Assembly (NCBI RefSeq): GCF_964194155.1
Contig: NC_135883.1
Location: 34,596,001-34,660,000 of the forward strand
Length of the DNA stretch: 64,000 bases
Origin: Cetorhinus maximus
Taxonomy: Eukaryota
Direction of reading: 5' to 3'
Part shown: piece after piece, positions 27,590 to 40,329 of the stretch
How the letters are laid out: each line of letters starts with the position of its first letter
Position numbering within the stretch: the first letter of the stretch is position 1
Notes under the pieces: model-generated
What the model saw: only the letters and a program-made list of their open reading frames with translations
The model's database searches: none
Told to the model about the DNA's origin: nothing
Made by a program: the position numbers and the translations under genes

Positions 27590-27881
27590 ATTCCAGGTCT
27601 GATGTCTCTTGCGCATCCCCGATTTTAATTGTTTCATTATTGGTGACTGTGTTTTCAGCTGGCAAGGCCCTAAGCTCTGCAATTGCCTTCTGAAATGTCT
27701 TTGCCTCTCTACCTCTCTTTTCTCCTTTAAGGCATTCCTTGAAACCTCTTCTTTTTGACCAAGATTTAAGTTACCTGCTCTAATACATGGCTCGGTGTCG
27801 AATTTTGTTCGATAATGCACCTGTGAAACGCCTTGGGATGTTTTACTAGATTAAAGGCACTATATAAATGCATGTTGTTGT
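27590..27881 (+). mobile_element. L2 LINE 3' end
   Basis: ctttttgaccaag..cctgtgaaacgccttgggatgttttac..aaaggcactatataaatgcatgttgttgt. Confidence 0.8.
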
Positions 27882-28781
27882 AAATGAAAATTGTTTCAGA
27901 ATAACAGCATAGCTCTTTTGATCAACACAGCAAAGTTAATTTTTAATGCTAGATTTTCATCTATTTCTTTGTGCTCAGTGATTTCAGGGTAAGTATCACC
28001 AGCCTCTAATGATAAACAGTGGTACGTTATAGTTGACAAATGGTCTTGACTTGCAACGCTACTGAACAAACTAATGTGCTTTCTACGTTAATGACAATGC
28101 TGGAAACTCTGCTTATCTGCTAGGAAAAAGCATTTGAGCTTATCAGTTTTAAAGTTCAATTTTGGAAGGATACAAGTTTAGGCTTTCACAAAGCATGAAG
28201 CCAACACGAGGGACTGATTGTAAGCAAGAAATCATGCACATTTTAGATCAACGAAGCAGAAAAGAACTGACTACCCATCACTATCACTGCCCCCCACCTC
28301 CCCACCACCACCACCCCAGCCACCCCAATTTTATTGTATAACACAAATGCATCACTGATGATTAAACACATCCTTTGCTATTGGACTGGAAATGAATAAC
28401 AAATAGGAAAATATTGTGGTATTAGCATGTAGAGGGATGTTTCATTGCTCTGCACTTGGGTGAACTAGTATTGAGACGGCAACAATGGCATCACTCAGGA
28501 AGTCATTGAGGAAATGTCTGTCCACCTTTGTTTCTTTGCTGCCCTTTTTAAAAAAGAAGCAACATATCTAATTCTGAAGTTGTGTCAATTTGTCATGTTC
28601 AGATATTAGCAAATAAAGTCAAGCCTGTCCAACATTGGCTACATTGTATTGCAAATTCAGCACCACACTTGTCTGTACTTGTTGACTAACTTTGATGCAG
28701 TGGCTACCTGCAGTAATGTGATATAGTTTCCTCAGTATTATGATTTCAAAGTGCCCATGGGTAGTGTTAAATGGGGTGTAC

Positions 28782-28855
28782 CTACTTTTTGTGTTACGCT
28801 TCATGTTCTCAGTGGGCAATGCTCTGAGATTGTTAGACTCCATCTTTAAAAATCT
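28782..28855 (-). CDS. Possible host-gene exon (74 bp): RFLKMESNNLRALPTENMKRNTKS
   Basis: Acceptor ttatattatgttcag, donors AG|gtacac or A|gtaggt, single open frame. Connection to the other exons is uncertain. Confidence 0.3.
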
Positions 28856-29744
28856 CTGAACATAATATAAAATTTAACTGAATATTTTTGAGACAATAAA
28901 GAATTGAAATATACCTATAATATCTGTAGAAATTAGGAAATGTTTTGTGAAATATAAATAATAGTCGATTGCTGTTATTTTGGACATTGGACGAATGGAA
29001 GCAACTGTTGAAACAGATATCATTCATGTGGTAAAGTAGTGTCTTAGATTAATCTAACAATGGGATTTAACGTTTATGCTAGTTGAATCTGCGTTTAAAA
29101 GATTGGATCATAAATTTTTAGTGGTTTCCACCTAATATATTCAAATATAAAAGCTTAGAAATGAATTGAATTTCCAAATTTATTCAACTGAGATTTAGAA
29201 ATATATAAACTAAAACCTAAAACAGTTTTGTATCTATGAACACTGATTTATTCAAAATTCCAGCCTGATATTTAATTATACCATTTAAGCACAGTACCTC
29301 CAACTGAAAATAATTTCTGTTTGCTGTTTCCTTGCATCTGTTTAGGTCTAGAAATTATTAAAACGTACATGCTTTAATATTCCTGGAAAAATTTCACATT
29401 TGTCATATCAATTGAATAATTGGGAGATGTAACCGAAGACAAGTACAATGTAATGAAAAGACTTTGCTGAATTACTGGTGAACAGTATACCATTTCTTAT
29501 AATGGTCTGATGCTTTTTATTTATGTGATTTATAAATTCTAAGGGGTCTATTTAAACTTGTATTGTAACATGGGCAACGTCAAATTGTTCACCCATGACA
29601 CAATTCCATTGAATCAACTATATTGTAAATCGGCTCCTACAATTGGGCTGGAGGAGATGTACAGTGATAGAGCACATTATAACTGAACTACTACAGTGCA
29701 TGAGTTTATGCCAATCCCATCCTCCACAACTCCATTTGGCAGAA

Positions 29745-30656
29745 GGGTCAACACCTGCCCCTTTACTTCCCCCCTCCTCACCGTCCAAGGGCCCAAACAC
29801 TCCTTTCAAGTGAAGCAGCATTTCACTTGCACTTCCTTCAATTTAGTCTACTGCATTCGCTGCTCCCAATGCGGTCTCCTCTACACTGGAGAGACCAAAC
29901 ACAGACTGGGTGACTGCTTTGCAGAACACCTTCAGCCTGTCTGCAAGCATGACCCAGACCTTCCTGTCGCTTGCTATTTCAACACACCACCCTGCTCTCG
30001 TGCCCACATGTCTGTCCTTGGCCTGCTGCAATGTTTCAGTGAAGCTCAACACAAACTGGAGGAACAGCACCTCATCTTCCGATTAGGCACTTTACAGCCT
30101 TCCAGTCTTAACATTGAGTTAAATAACTTCAGATCATGAACTTTCTCCTCCATCCTCAATCCCTTTTTGATCCCCCTTTTTTCTAATAATAATTATATGT
30201 TTTTTATATATATATATATATCTTTCTTTTCCCACCAATTTCTATTATTACTTTTAAAATTTATTTCCATCCATTGTTTTATCTCCACCTTTTAGCCTAT
30301 TTCGATCCCTTCCCCCCATCCCACCCCCACTAGGGCTATCAGTCACTTGCTCATCCTGCTTTCTACTCTTAATGTCATCATTAGCACATCCTTTAGCTAA
30401 TATCATCACCATCAATACCACTTTGACTTTTTGTTTATGACATCTTTGGCAATCTCTCCTTTGCCTCCACCTATCACTGGCCCTTTATCCAGCTCTACCT
30501 GTCCCACCACCCTTAAACAGCTTATATTTCACCACATTTCTATTTCTCTTTAGTTCTGATGAAGAGTCATATGAACTTGAAACGTTAACTCTGTCTTCCT
30601 CTCCACAGATGCTGTCAGACCTGCTGAGTTTTTCCAGCAATTTTTGTTTTTGTTTC
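29745..30656 (+). mobile_element. Penelope-like element 3' part: GIY-YIG endonuclease plus pseudo-LTR
   Basis: FTCTSFNLVYCIRCSQCGLLYTGETKHRLGDCFAEH..LEEQHLIFRLGTLQPSSLN, then pyrimidine-rich UTR ending gacctgctgagtttttccagcaatttttgtttt. Confidence 0.92.
30552..30590 (+). ncRNA. Minimal type I hammerhead ribozyme core in Penelope pLTR
   Basis: agtt-CTGATGA-agagtcatatgaactt-GAAA-cgtt-aact. Stem I is agtt/aact and stem III is palindromic ACGT. Confidence 0.7.
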
Positions 30657-30769
30657 CTATGTACTATCATGTAGTTAGTGATCATAGATGTGTGGACATG
30701 GGCAGGTGCTGAGTGGAGATGAAACACTTAACTATACGAATGGACTGAAATTTGAAATTTGGCAAATGG

Positions 30770-31223
30770 GAAAAAGAAAGATTTGCATTTCATGCCCACC
30801 AGACATCCTAAAGCATTCGCAGCCAATGAAGCACTTGTTTTCTGAAGCGTAGTCACTGTTGTAGTGTAGGTATCGTGATAGTCAATATGCATACCGCAAG
30901 CTCCTACAAACAGCAATGTGATAAAGACCAGATAATCTGTTTAGGTGATGCTTTGTGAGGGATAAATATTGGTCAGGACACTGAGGATAATTCCAGAGCT
31001 CCTCTTTGAAGTAGAGCCATGGGATCTTGTACATCCAACCCGAGCAGGCAGAGTTTGACGTCTCATCTGAAAGACAGCACCTCTAACAGAGCAGCACTCC
31101 CTCAGTACAGCACCGGAGTGTGTCTGCTTTAATTTTGATTTGAGTTCTACCCCTGCAGTGGAACTTGAACCAAGAACCTTGTGACTCAGAAGTGAGAGTG
31201 CTAACATCTGAGCCATGGCTGAC
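30770..31223 (-). mobile_element. tRNA-headed Deu-domain SINE (SacSINE1-like), near full length
   Basis: Minus: gtcagccatggctcag (A box), ggttcaagttcc (B box), gagggagtgctgc..ggtgctgtctttcagatgagacgtc..aagatcccatggc (Deu core), L2-like tail. Confidence 0.85.
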
Positions 31224-34200
31224 ACCTACTCTTCTGCACCTCCACCTCATTGAATGGCCTGAAAGCAATTTTCAAGCTTGATATCTGTGAGATCAAATGA
31301 AACTATTAAGATTACTTACTATATAAAAAAAAACACAAAACTGTAGCCTTGGAAGCATCTGAAAGCTGAGTTTAGCAGAAGTATTTAATGAAAAGCTCGC
31401 TGAATAAACGGCGAGCAAAATCTTAGACTTCCTCACTGTTTGTCGATGCATACAGTTTGCATGATTTAATGACTGATATACCAATGCTTTCAAGTAATAA
31501 CATCAAGGGGCAAGGAGAACATTTTAACGAACCTTTCCTCTGGAGATTAGATGGATGGCAGCAAGCCTGAGGTACAATAGACTGGGAGAATGGGCTTGAT
31601 GTGCTGAGAAGCCTTTCTTTACTCATTCAGTGTTTATACATTCTTAAGGGAGAAGAAACTTTTATAAGCTTTGTTTAGAGAAAGCTTTTCCTTCAGTGGT
31701 GGATCAGCTTTTCCACCTCTAATCATAGAATGATCTGCTCCTGCACTCACTGCATGCAGTTCCAATGCAAACGTGCATGTGGCTTATGACTTTCATACTC
31801 CTTAACCTTCAATATGTTGAATAAATGACATCCAGATTGCTGCTTAGGACAGAAGCAAAATTCTCTGTAAAACTCGTAAATAAGCAAATTTTGGGAATTT
31901 TGCATGGCACTTCTATTGCAATAGCCAAATTACAACTAGACAGCCAGGGATAACATTTAATCTTATTTACTACGGCTGCTGTCTTTTCTGAAGTTGTTGA
32001 AAATCTTTGTTTTGGTTAAAAATATACAACATGGTTATGTAAATTACATTGAACTACTCCATTATTTCAATTGAAAGTGATGCTAAATTGTTTAAAATTA
32101 TGCATGACCTTTTTAGATTCCAAACAGAGAGAAGCTGCCAAACACTCTACTTAAAAACAATGCCCCTTTTAAATGTTATTAACTTCATGGTAGCCAACTG
32201 GGAATAATGGAGGGTGGTAAGTTAATTACTGTTTGAAGTGACTGGTTGATTTATCAATGGTATGTTATTGAGCAGAAAGCATAGGTTTACTCCGAACGTG
32301 GTGTAACAAACATTAATGTTCATAGGGTTTTGTATTTCTTCTGTATTAAAATTTACATTTACACTTTGGACTCGAACCCAGTGGTGGTAACAATCTGAAG
32401 AGAAGAGTCTGGTGCACAAGCAGACCATGTTGAATTGGTCTATTTGCATCATCAGGACATAGTTGGCTGGGACTAGCCATGCCTTAAAAGGCAGTGCACT
32501 AGTTATGAACAGGAGGAAAAACCAGCCGACAGAGACATAGGTACTAGGCCTGTGGTAAGTGTAGGAGTGAGGAAGAGGTTGGTGAGCAATGGATGGCAGT
32601 CTGTTGCACTGCTGCTCCTCCTGGCTCCTTATTCAGGTGAGCAATTTAAAAAAAAAATTACCTTTCTCATGGAAGCCCTTCAATGTTCCCTTTGAGGACT
32701 GCCTGTTTGGCTGCTTTATGAGAAAACACATGCATGCTGTGGTCAGTGGTGATCCAGTTTCTCAAAGAGGGCCGGAAACAGGCATCAGGCCCTGTAATTT
32801 GCATGCAGACTGCATGCATTTAATCCATGCAGAGAGCACAGTGTGACAAAAAGGTTTGGGCATTTCTTAGACTTCCCAAGTGCCCATCTTAAAAAATCAA
32901 CCAGACACCAAGTTGCCTGTTCCTGATGCCTGTCCAGTGGCTGCAGCTGGAAAGTCTTTTGTGTGAACGTTAGTTGAGAATAGGATCAATTGTGCTACAA
33001 CGCCCCTTTAGTCAAATAACATTCATTTGTTGTTTGCTGTCATTTGCTGTTGTTGTTGTGGCAACATTCATTGTTTAGACAAATGCACGTAAGATTAGTT
33101 ACATTTATAGGGCCTATGGAATCATATTCCCGCATAGGCATCACATTCAGGAAAGGGAAGAAAGGAATATAAGTTTCATCTAGTCCACAATGATAAGCTC
33201 TGTAAGAATCTGATTTTTTGATTCTCAGGTTGGAACATTGCATCTTTGGGTGAGAGAGAGCGAGAAAGCAGACTTGCATGGCTAAGAGGGTTTGGAAAAA
33301 ATAGTGAAAAGTTGGGAGACAGAGGATCCCACTTGGTTCATTTCATTTCTATTTCTGGATGCTTAGATTTTACTTTTTATTTAGCTGTGTACTGGTAGAA
33401 GTTTGATTTGATAGCAAAACACAGAATAAGTCACTGGAGCCTTACCTATTGCTTTTATTAAATGGGATACCAGCATCTGCAAGTCATGCACCATTAACAG
33501 CTTTGTTGTTCCCCATTAGCTCACAACACCCCCAGTCCAAGAAGCTGTTAGTGTGAGGAAGCTCAGTTTTAATATTCATTAATAGTACCACTCACTGTAC
33601 ATTGTATTAACTGCAGGACTGAAGTGTTGAAAACACACAGCACTATGAACTGCGTAGTATTTGGATAATACTGCAAAGGATAAGATGTGATCGGTTTCTT
33701 CTCTGTTTTGATTTATTGATGTAAAGCATAGGTGAACCTGGGGCAGAATTTTACGCCTCGCGGGCAGACACGTGCCCGACCCGGTCGGGTGTAAAATAGT
33801 GCGAGAAGGCATCGGGCGAGTGTCCCATTGTCATCCCGCATGCGCATAATCTTCAGGTCGGCGGGCACGCGTGGGTGTCAGAGCCGCGCTTGCCATCAAT
33901 TAAAAATCCACTTAAGGCCATTAAAAACCCAATTGAACCTGATTTTACATTGCCCATGCGATTTCGCGCTCATTGCATGGGGCAAAACAGGCAGGTGGGT
34001 GGCCCACATTTTGCAAAACCTCATCCAAGGGCGGGATAAAAAGGATCAGCAGCATTGCCAGTGTGAGTAGTGAGGAGTTTAGGAGATAGTTGGCTGCTGG
34101 TTGCTTATTTAAACTTGACAGCTCCACCTATGTTCTGAGCTTCATTCTTAGCATTTCTAGGCTTCATTCCAGGACACATTGGTGTCTCCAAGGCCCCCGG

Positions 34201-34257
34201 AAGATTTTGACCATGTGGACCCCTCCAGGTATCAGAGACCCTTCTGTTACCCTGGTA

Positions 34258-35152
34258 ATGGGGATTGTGGTCTTCACTGGAGGTGCCTGCTCTGAGGAGG
34301 AACAGAGGGGCAGGAGGGAGAGGAGGCCAGGCAGCTTCCAGGGGAGCGACCTGTGGGAGGAGAGGCACAGGCAGAAGGGCTGCAGGGCCAGCAGGAAGTC
34401 CAAGGCGGAAGGGGCCGCAGAAGACGCCACTATCCTGCTGTCCGGGGTACAGGCAGCGATGCAACCAACTCAATGTGTCTGAGGTGCAATGCCGAAGGTG
34501 GCTCCGCCTCTCCAGGGAGACCGTGACCTCCTTTGGTCAGATGACTGGGCCCCTAGTGGCTCTGAAGGTCACAGTGGCCCTCAAATTCTATGCCTCCGGC
34601 TCTTTCCAGAGCTCAGTGGGGGATTTGTGTGGAGTGTCACGATCAGCTGTCCACAGTTGGGTCAAGCTGGTGATAGAAGCTCTGTTCAGGTGGGTAATGA
34701 CATTTATTCATTTCCGCATGGACGAGGCCAGCCAGGCTGAGCGAGCCAGAGGCTTAGCAGCGATTTCTGGCTTCCCCCCGCGTCCAGGGTGCAATAGACT
34801 GTACACATGTGGCCATCAAGGCGCTAGCAGGTGAGCCCGGTGCCTTCGTCAACAGGAAGGGCTTCCACTCCATGAACGTGCAGATAGTGTGTGATCACAG
34901 GATGCAGATTCTACAAGCCTGTGCAAGGTACCCAGGCAGCTCCCTTGACATCCTCAGACACTCTCAGGTGCTGAGGCTATTCAGTGCTCCTGGATGGATG
35001 GATGGCTGCTGGGTGACAAGGACTATCTGTTGAAAAGGTGGCTTATGACGCCTCTCTGCCACCCAAGAACTGAGGCACAGTAGCATTATAATAGGAGTCA
35101 TGCCTCCAGAAGGGCGGTGATAGAGAGGACCATAAGTCTTCTGAAGATGTGC
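34258..35152 (+). pseudogene. Harbinger transposase, truncated at TISLLKMC by a LINE
   Basis: VALKVTVALKFYASGSFQSSVGDLCGVS and FVNRKGFHSMNVQIVCDHRMQILQACARYPGSS. Confidence 0.92.
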
Positions 35153-36675
35153 TTTTTAAAAAATTCACTCATGGGATGTGGACCTCGCTGGCTAGGCCAG
35201 TATTTATTACCCATCCCTAATTGCCCTTGCGAAGGTGGTGGCAAGCTGCCTTCTTGAACTGCTGCAGTCCATGTGGTGTAGGTACACCCACAGTGCTGTT
35301 AGGAAGGGAGTTCCAGGATTTTGATCCAGCGATAGTGAAGGAACAGCAATGTATTTCCAAACCACGATGGTGAGTGACTTGGAGGGGAACTTCCAGGTGA
35401 TGGTGTTCCCACTTATCTGCTGCCCTTGCCCTTATAGATAGTAGTGGTCATGGGTTTGGAAGGTGCTGTCTAAGGAGCCTTGGTGAATTTCTACAGTGCA
35501 TCTTGTAGGTGATACACACCGCTGCTACTGTGCATTGGCAGTGGAGGGAGTGAATGTTTGTGCATGTGATACCAATCAAGCGGGCTGCTTTGTCCTGGAT
35601 GGTTTCAAGTTTCATGAGTGTTTTGGGCACTGCACTCATCCAGACAAGCGGAGAGAATTCCATCACACTCCTGACTTGTGCCTTGTAGATGGTGGACGGG
35701 CTTTGGGAGTCAGGAGGCGAGTTACTTGTTGGACGATTCCTAGCCTCTGACCTGCTCTTATAGCCACAGTATTTATATGGCTAGTCCAGTTCAGTTTCTG
35801 GTCAATGGTAACCCCCAGGATGTTGATAGTGGGGGATTCAGTGATGGCTATGCCAATGAACATAAAGGGGTGATGGTTGGATTCTCTCTTGTTGGAGATG
35901 GTCATTGCCTGACACTTGTGTGGTATGAATGTTACTTGCCACTTGTCAGCCCAAGCCTGGATATTGTCCAGGTCTTGCTGAATTTGGACATGGACTACTT
36001 CAGTACCTGAGGAGTCGCGAATGGTGCTGAACATTGCACAATCATCAGCGAACATCCCCACTTCTGACCTTACAATGGAAGGAAGGTCATTGATGAAACA
36101 GCTGAAGACGGTTGGGCTGAGGACACTACCCTGAGGAACTCCTGCAGTGATGTCCTGGAGCTGAGATGACTGACCTCCAACAACCACAGCCATCTTCCTT
36201 TGTGTTAGATATGACTCCAACCAGTGGAGAGTTTTCCCCCTGATTCACATTGACTCCAGTTTTGCTAAGGCTCCTTGAAGCCACACTCGGTCAAATGCTG
36301 CCTTGATGTCACAGGCAGTCACTCTCACCTCACCTTGGGAATTCAGCTCTTTTGTCCATGTTTGAACCAAGGCTGTAATGAGGTCAGAAGCTGAGTGGCC
36401 CTGGCGGAACCCAAACTGGGCGTCAGTGAACAGGTTATTGCGAAGCAAGAGCCACTTGATAGCACTGTTGATGTCCCCTTCCATTACTTTACTGATGATC
36501 AAGAGTAGACTAATGGGGCGGTAATTGGCTGGGTTGGATTTGTCCTGCTTTTTGTGTACAGGACATACCTGGGCAATTTTACACATAGCCGGGTGGATGC
36601 CAATGTAGTAGCTGTACTTGAACAGCTTGGCTAGGGGCGCAGCAAGTTCTGGAGCACAAGCCTTCAGTACTAGTG
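35153..36675 (-). mobile_element. 5'-truncated CR1-clade LINE (same family as 25257-26755)
   Basis: ORFs 36245-36685, 35663-36220 and 35448-35666 carry RT motifs ([16 protein letters not shown]). Confidence 0.93.
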
Positions 36676-36819
36676 CTGGGTGCATGCCGGGTGCCCTGGT
36701 GAGACAATGGAGATCTGCCTCATGATGTCATCATCTTTCAATGATCAACGGGGAATCCAGTCTGGAGGCTCCCATCAATGACCAGACTACATAAGAATGT
36801 TTGCAACAATATTTGCTTA

Positions 36820-37165
36820 GGAGAGGAGGTGGCATAGTGGTGTTGTCGCTGGACCAGTAATCCAGAGACCCAAGGCAATGCTCCAGGGACCCGGGCCAAG
36901 GCAGATGGTGGAATTTCGATTCAATAAAAATCTGGGATTAAAAGTCTAATGATGACCATGAAACCATTTTTGATTATTGTAAAAACCCATCTGGTTCACT
37001 AATGCCCTTTAGGGAAGGAAACCTGCTATCCTTACCCGGTCTGGCCTGCACATGACTCCAGACCCACAGCAATGCGGTTGACTCTTAACTGCCCTCTGAA
37101 CAAGGGCAATTAGGGATGGGCAATAAATGCTGGCCCAGCCAGCCTCCATGAATGAATAAAAAGAA
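36820..37165 (+). mobile_element. tRNA-derived SINE sharing its 3' tail with the CR1-clade LINE
   Basis: A-box tggcatagtgg. Tail caagggcaattagggatgggcaataaatgctggccc..atgaatgaataaaa equals the LINE 3' end at 25260-25335 and 61700-61773. Confidence 0.85.
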
Positions 37166-37201
37166 ATCCGAAACTCTCAAATCTGTGCACTGCACTCTCA
37201 C

Positions 37202-37800
37202 CTTCGTCTGAATCCCCAGCCTCTCCACGACCGGCTAACTGAGGTGTATGGTGCCTTTCCAGCTCCAAGGCGTCCTGCTCGAATCTGGTTAGGATTAAGA
37301 GGTTAGCGGGGTCTCCGCCTGTCCATGACCTCTCAATGTTGTTAAGGGCTATCTCCTCCTGGAAGGACAGAGGAGCATGTCCATTGCAGCCTGGTCAACC
37401 CCACCTGAGGAACACCTTGCAGGGCACACGTGAGTCGTGGCCCTCGAGCTGTCATTGATAGCTGGCACTCAGATTCTAACACCCGTGAGCTCCACAGGGT
37501 TCTCCACACTGTTTCATGTTCTCCACACTGATCCATGCCAACATGGTACTCTCCCTTGCCGAGCGCGGCAGGTCAATAAATCTTTTGTGGCACTGCACCC
37601 ATGTGTGCCTCACAATGCCGCGGCTGCTTACCCAGACTGCCACTTCCTCCGAAGCTCTTTTTGTCAGGTGTGGTGGCCTCCTTCCATCTCTGGGTATGAT
37701 GGTGTCCCTCCTGGCAGCCAGCTGCTCCAGGAGGACTGCAAGGCACTCGTCCAAAAACCAGGTGGGCCAAGTACCCACCCGACCTGCCCTCCCGCCTGGC
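37202..37800 (-). pseudogene. Harbinger Myb/SANT gene exons 1-2 (H4)
   Basis: FLDECLAVLLEQLAARRDTIIPRDGRRPPHLTKRASEEVAVWVSSRGIVRHTWVQCHKRFIDL. Exon 2 at 37202-37358. Confidence 0.85.
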
Positions 37801-38099
37801 GTCTCCAGCTGCACTTGAGGCCATAACTTCGGTCTTCAGAACGCTGCAAATGTGTACTTCCCTGGCGGCCTTTAAGGAGCTGCCCATGCCGTTTTTTAAC
37901 TGCCCGTCAGGCCCCCACCCACGCCCGGCCCTGCCCGACCATTGGGAAGGTGCGTTTCACACTAGGCAGGCCTTAATTGGCCAGCCGGCATGAAATCTCG
38001 GTTAGGTCCGATTGCAGGCGGCGGCCCATTTCCCGACCGGTCACGGGCCTGCCGATCACGCGTTGCCACCAAGGGTAAAATTCAGGCTCTGATCTCTTA

Positions 38100-38305
38100 A
38101 CATAATTTCCCTCCTTCCTTGAATCTTTGCACCACTGTCCTTCATTAAGGCACCCTGAGAATCTGCCCCTTGACCAAGCTTTTAGTCACTTGTCCTTATG
38201 TTTCCTTCTTTGGCTGAATGTTGATTTTTGTTTGAATATGTTCCTGTGAAGCACCTTGCATATCTTGACATTAAAGGTACTATATTCATTCAAGTTGTTG
38301 TTGTA
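38100..38305 (+). mobile_element. L2 LINE 3' end
   Basis: ttgaccaagctttt..cctgtgaagcacctt..aaaggtactatattcattcaagttgttgttgt. Confidence 0.7.
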
Positions 38306-38550
38306 AGAGGTGTAAAAGACAGGGGGTTTTCATTTCACTACTGCTCCATTATTTCATGTATATAATTCAGGAGTGTTTGTGAGATGAAAACCTGGAAAAG
38401 AAACATACTGCTCGATTGCCTCTTTCGAACAGACCTTAATTTAAACACCCAGAGCTCCTACCCGAAACAGGGATGTGCCTCAGTGAAATATTTCAGTTTG
38501 GGTCCTAAGACGTGTTTAAGAACTTTGATGCAATCCTCACCCTACATGAC

Positions 38551-38837
38551 TGTTTTGGATGGTTCCTCTGATCTGTGGACTCCCAACGTGGTTCTTGATT
38601 ACTGGTATGCGTGACCTATCTTCCTTTAGACAGACTGTAGTCATATTCTGGTACTTGCTTATCGTTTGTTTATTAAGACTACTTCTAAATAGGTTACAGA
38701 GTAGGTATGTTTCCCCTGAGCACTGTGTGGTCCAAACCCTCTCTTGAGAGTCTAGCACAACTGACTGATGTCAATGATCTATCACTGACATCAACGTGAT
38801 ACATTAACATATCCATTCTTTTAACCCTTAAACTACA
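38551..38837 (-). repeat. 3' LTR
   Basis: tgttttggatgg..aaccct taaactaca, a direct repeat of 41509-41798. Confidence 0.85.
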
Positions 38838-40329
38838 CCACCCTCAAGTATGCTATCCACCTCTTAAAAGCAATTCGAAACTGTGTAATTAACTACTTAC
38901 ATCGCACTTCTGTAACTTCCTTTTCACTAATACAGATTCTACCTAACTCCTACTCCTGCTCTGTCCCCCCATCCCGAGTCACAGTGATGAGGATTCAGTC
39001 CCCCATGGTATTCTCTGCCCTTAGAGAAGACAGCTTGGAGACTTGTGGGCTTTCTTCCTTCCTGTGGAGGATATGATCATCGGCAAAATGGGGCAGCAAC
39101 TTTGCAGCTTTGCTGGTGAGCAGAGTGTGGACTGCAGGACTACTGAACTGCAAGGACAATAAGTCTGGTGCAACAAAAGACTGATCCAAGAGGGAAGGCT
39201 GAAGAGCATCAACCCTTGGACTCTCTGGGGCTAGAAGAGAATAAATTAGTACTCCCTGAGGAATGTGTTGCTCCCTCAAAACACATAGGGAAAAATCTTC
39301 AGAAGACGAATGATCTTCAACACCAATGAAGATTCTCACAGCTGTATTATTCACTGTTGCATTGAAGACAGAAATGGTATTGAAGATCTGAGATTCCAAT
39401 TAATCTGGATGATGAAGGAAAAATTGACAAAATTCCAGTAAGCCTTTCAGGAAAAGGAGAGATGTTTTCCTGATGATATTTCAGAAAGAATGTTTACTTT
39501 CTGTAGGCAGTGGTAACAGAGCCATACTTTTCTCCATGTGAGGCTGCTCCCATGTGGGCAATGGGAAGAATTTTTGAGGATATGGAGACAAGACAGCACC
39601 AGTTTCTACAATGGGAGAAATTTCTACGTCAAAACAAAGACAAATTTCCTCTCGACAAATAACTTGTTGGCAAGTTTGCCGGACAAGATTGTAAAGCTTT
39701 AGAAGTTCTGAAGATTCCGTCTCAGCACCTGTGCTGCCATACAGCTCTAGAGGGAAGAAAATGTTCAGTTGGGACTGAAGTATGGGCCTCGATTGACTTT
39801 CACCCCTGGAAATAGGTGCTACCATCTCTTTGGCAGTGTGATCCTCTATGGACTCTAACATGGAATCAGGCAAGGCCTTCTCTCTGGAAAACTCTTCATG
39901 TACAATCAGCAATAGAGTAATTATTATATTGGTAGATTCAGTGGAATAAAGATCTAGATGCTGCTAAGCTGCTTGAAACACAGCTGACTCCTCAAAAAAG
40001 GCAATGGAGACTTCACATGGTGTGTCTATCAATTGGAAAGACAGACCAACCTCTAGAACCTCATCCTCCAACAGATCAGTCATTTTTGCAACAGCCTCTT
40101 CCTTATTACTTCCTTTAGGAAAGAGTCAACTCAGGCCCAAAAGATCTTCATGCGGATGGCCACTGACTGCTGTAGCGCCTTCTGTATCTGCCACCTCTGG
40201 CCTAGCTTCATAAAGAACTCAGAGATTCATAACCTCAATCTCCGCCCAGGGTCCAGTGGATGGTGTCTCTGTGATAGAAAGGAACTCACTGCTGATTGAA
40301 TACGCATCCTCAGCTGTTGTAGGCTGAGT

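Larger units (their letters stand above)
33741..38088 (+). mobile_element. Harbinger transposon (H4), relative of H2
   Basis: TIR gggcagaattttac / gtaaaattcaggct, with CTG on both flanks (33738-33740, 38089-38091). Confidence 0.92.
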
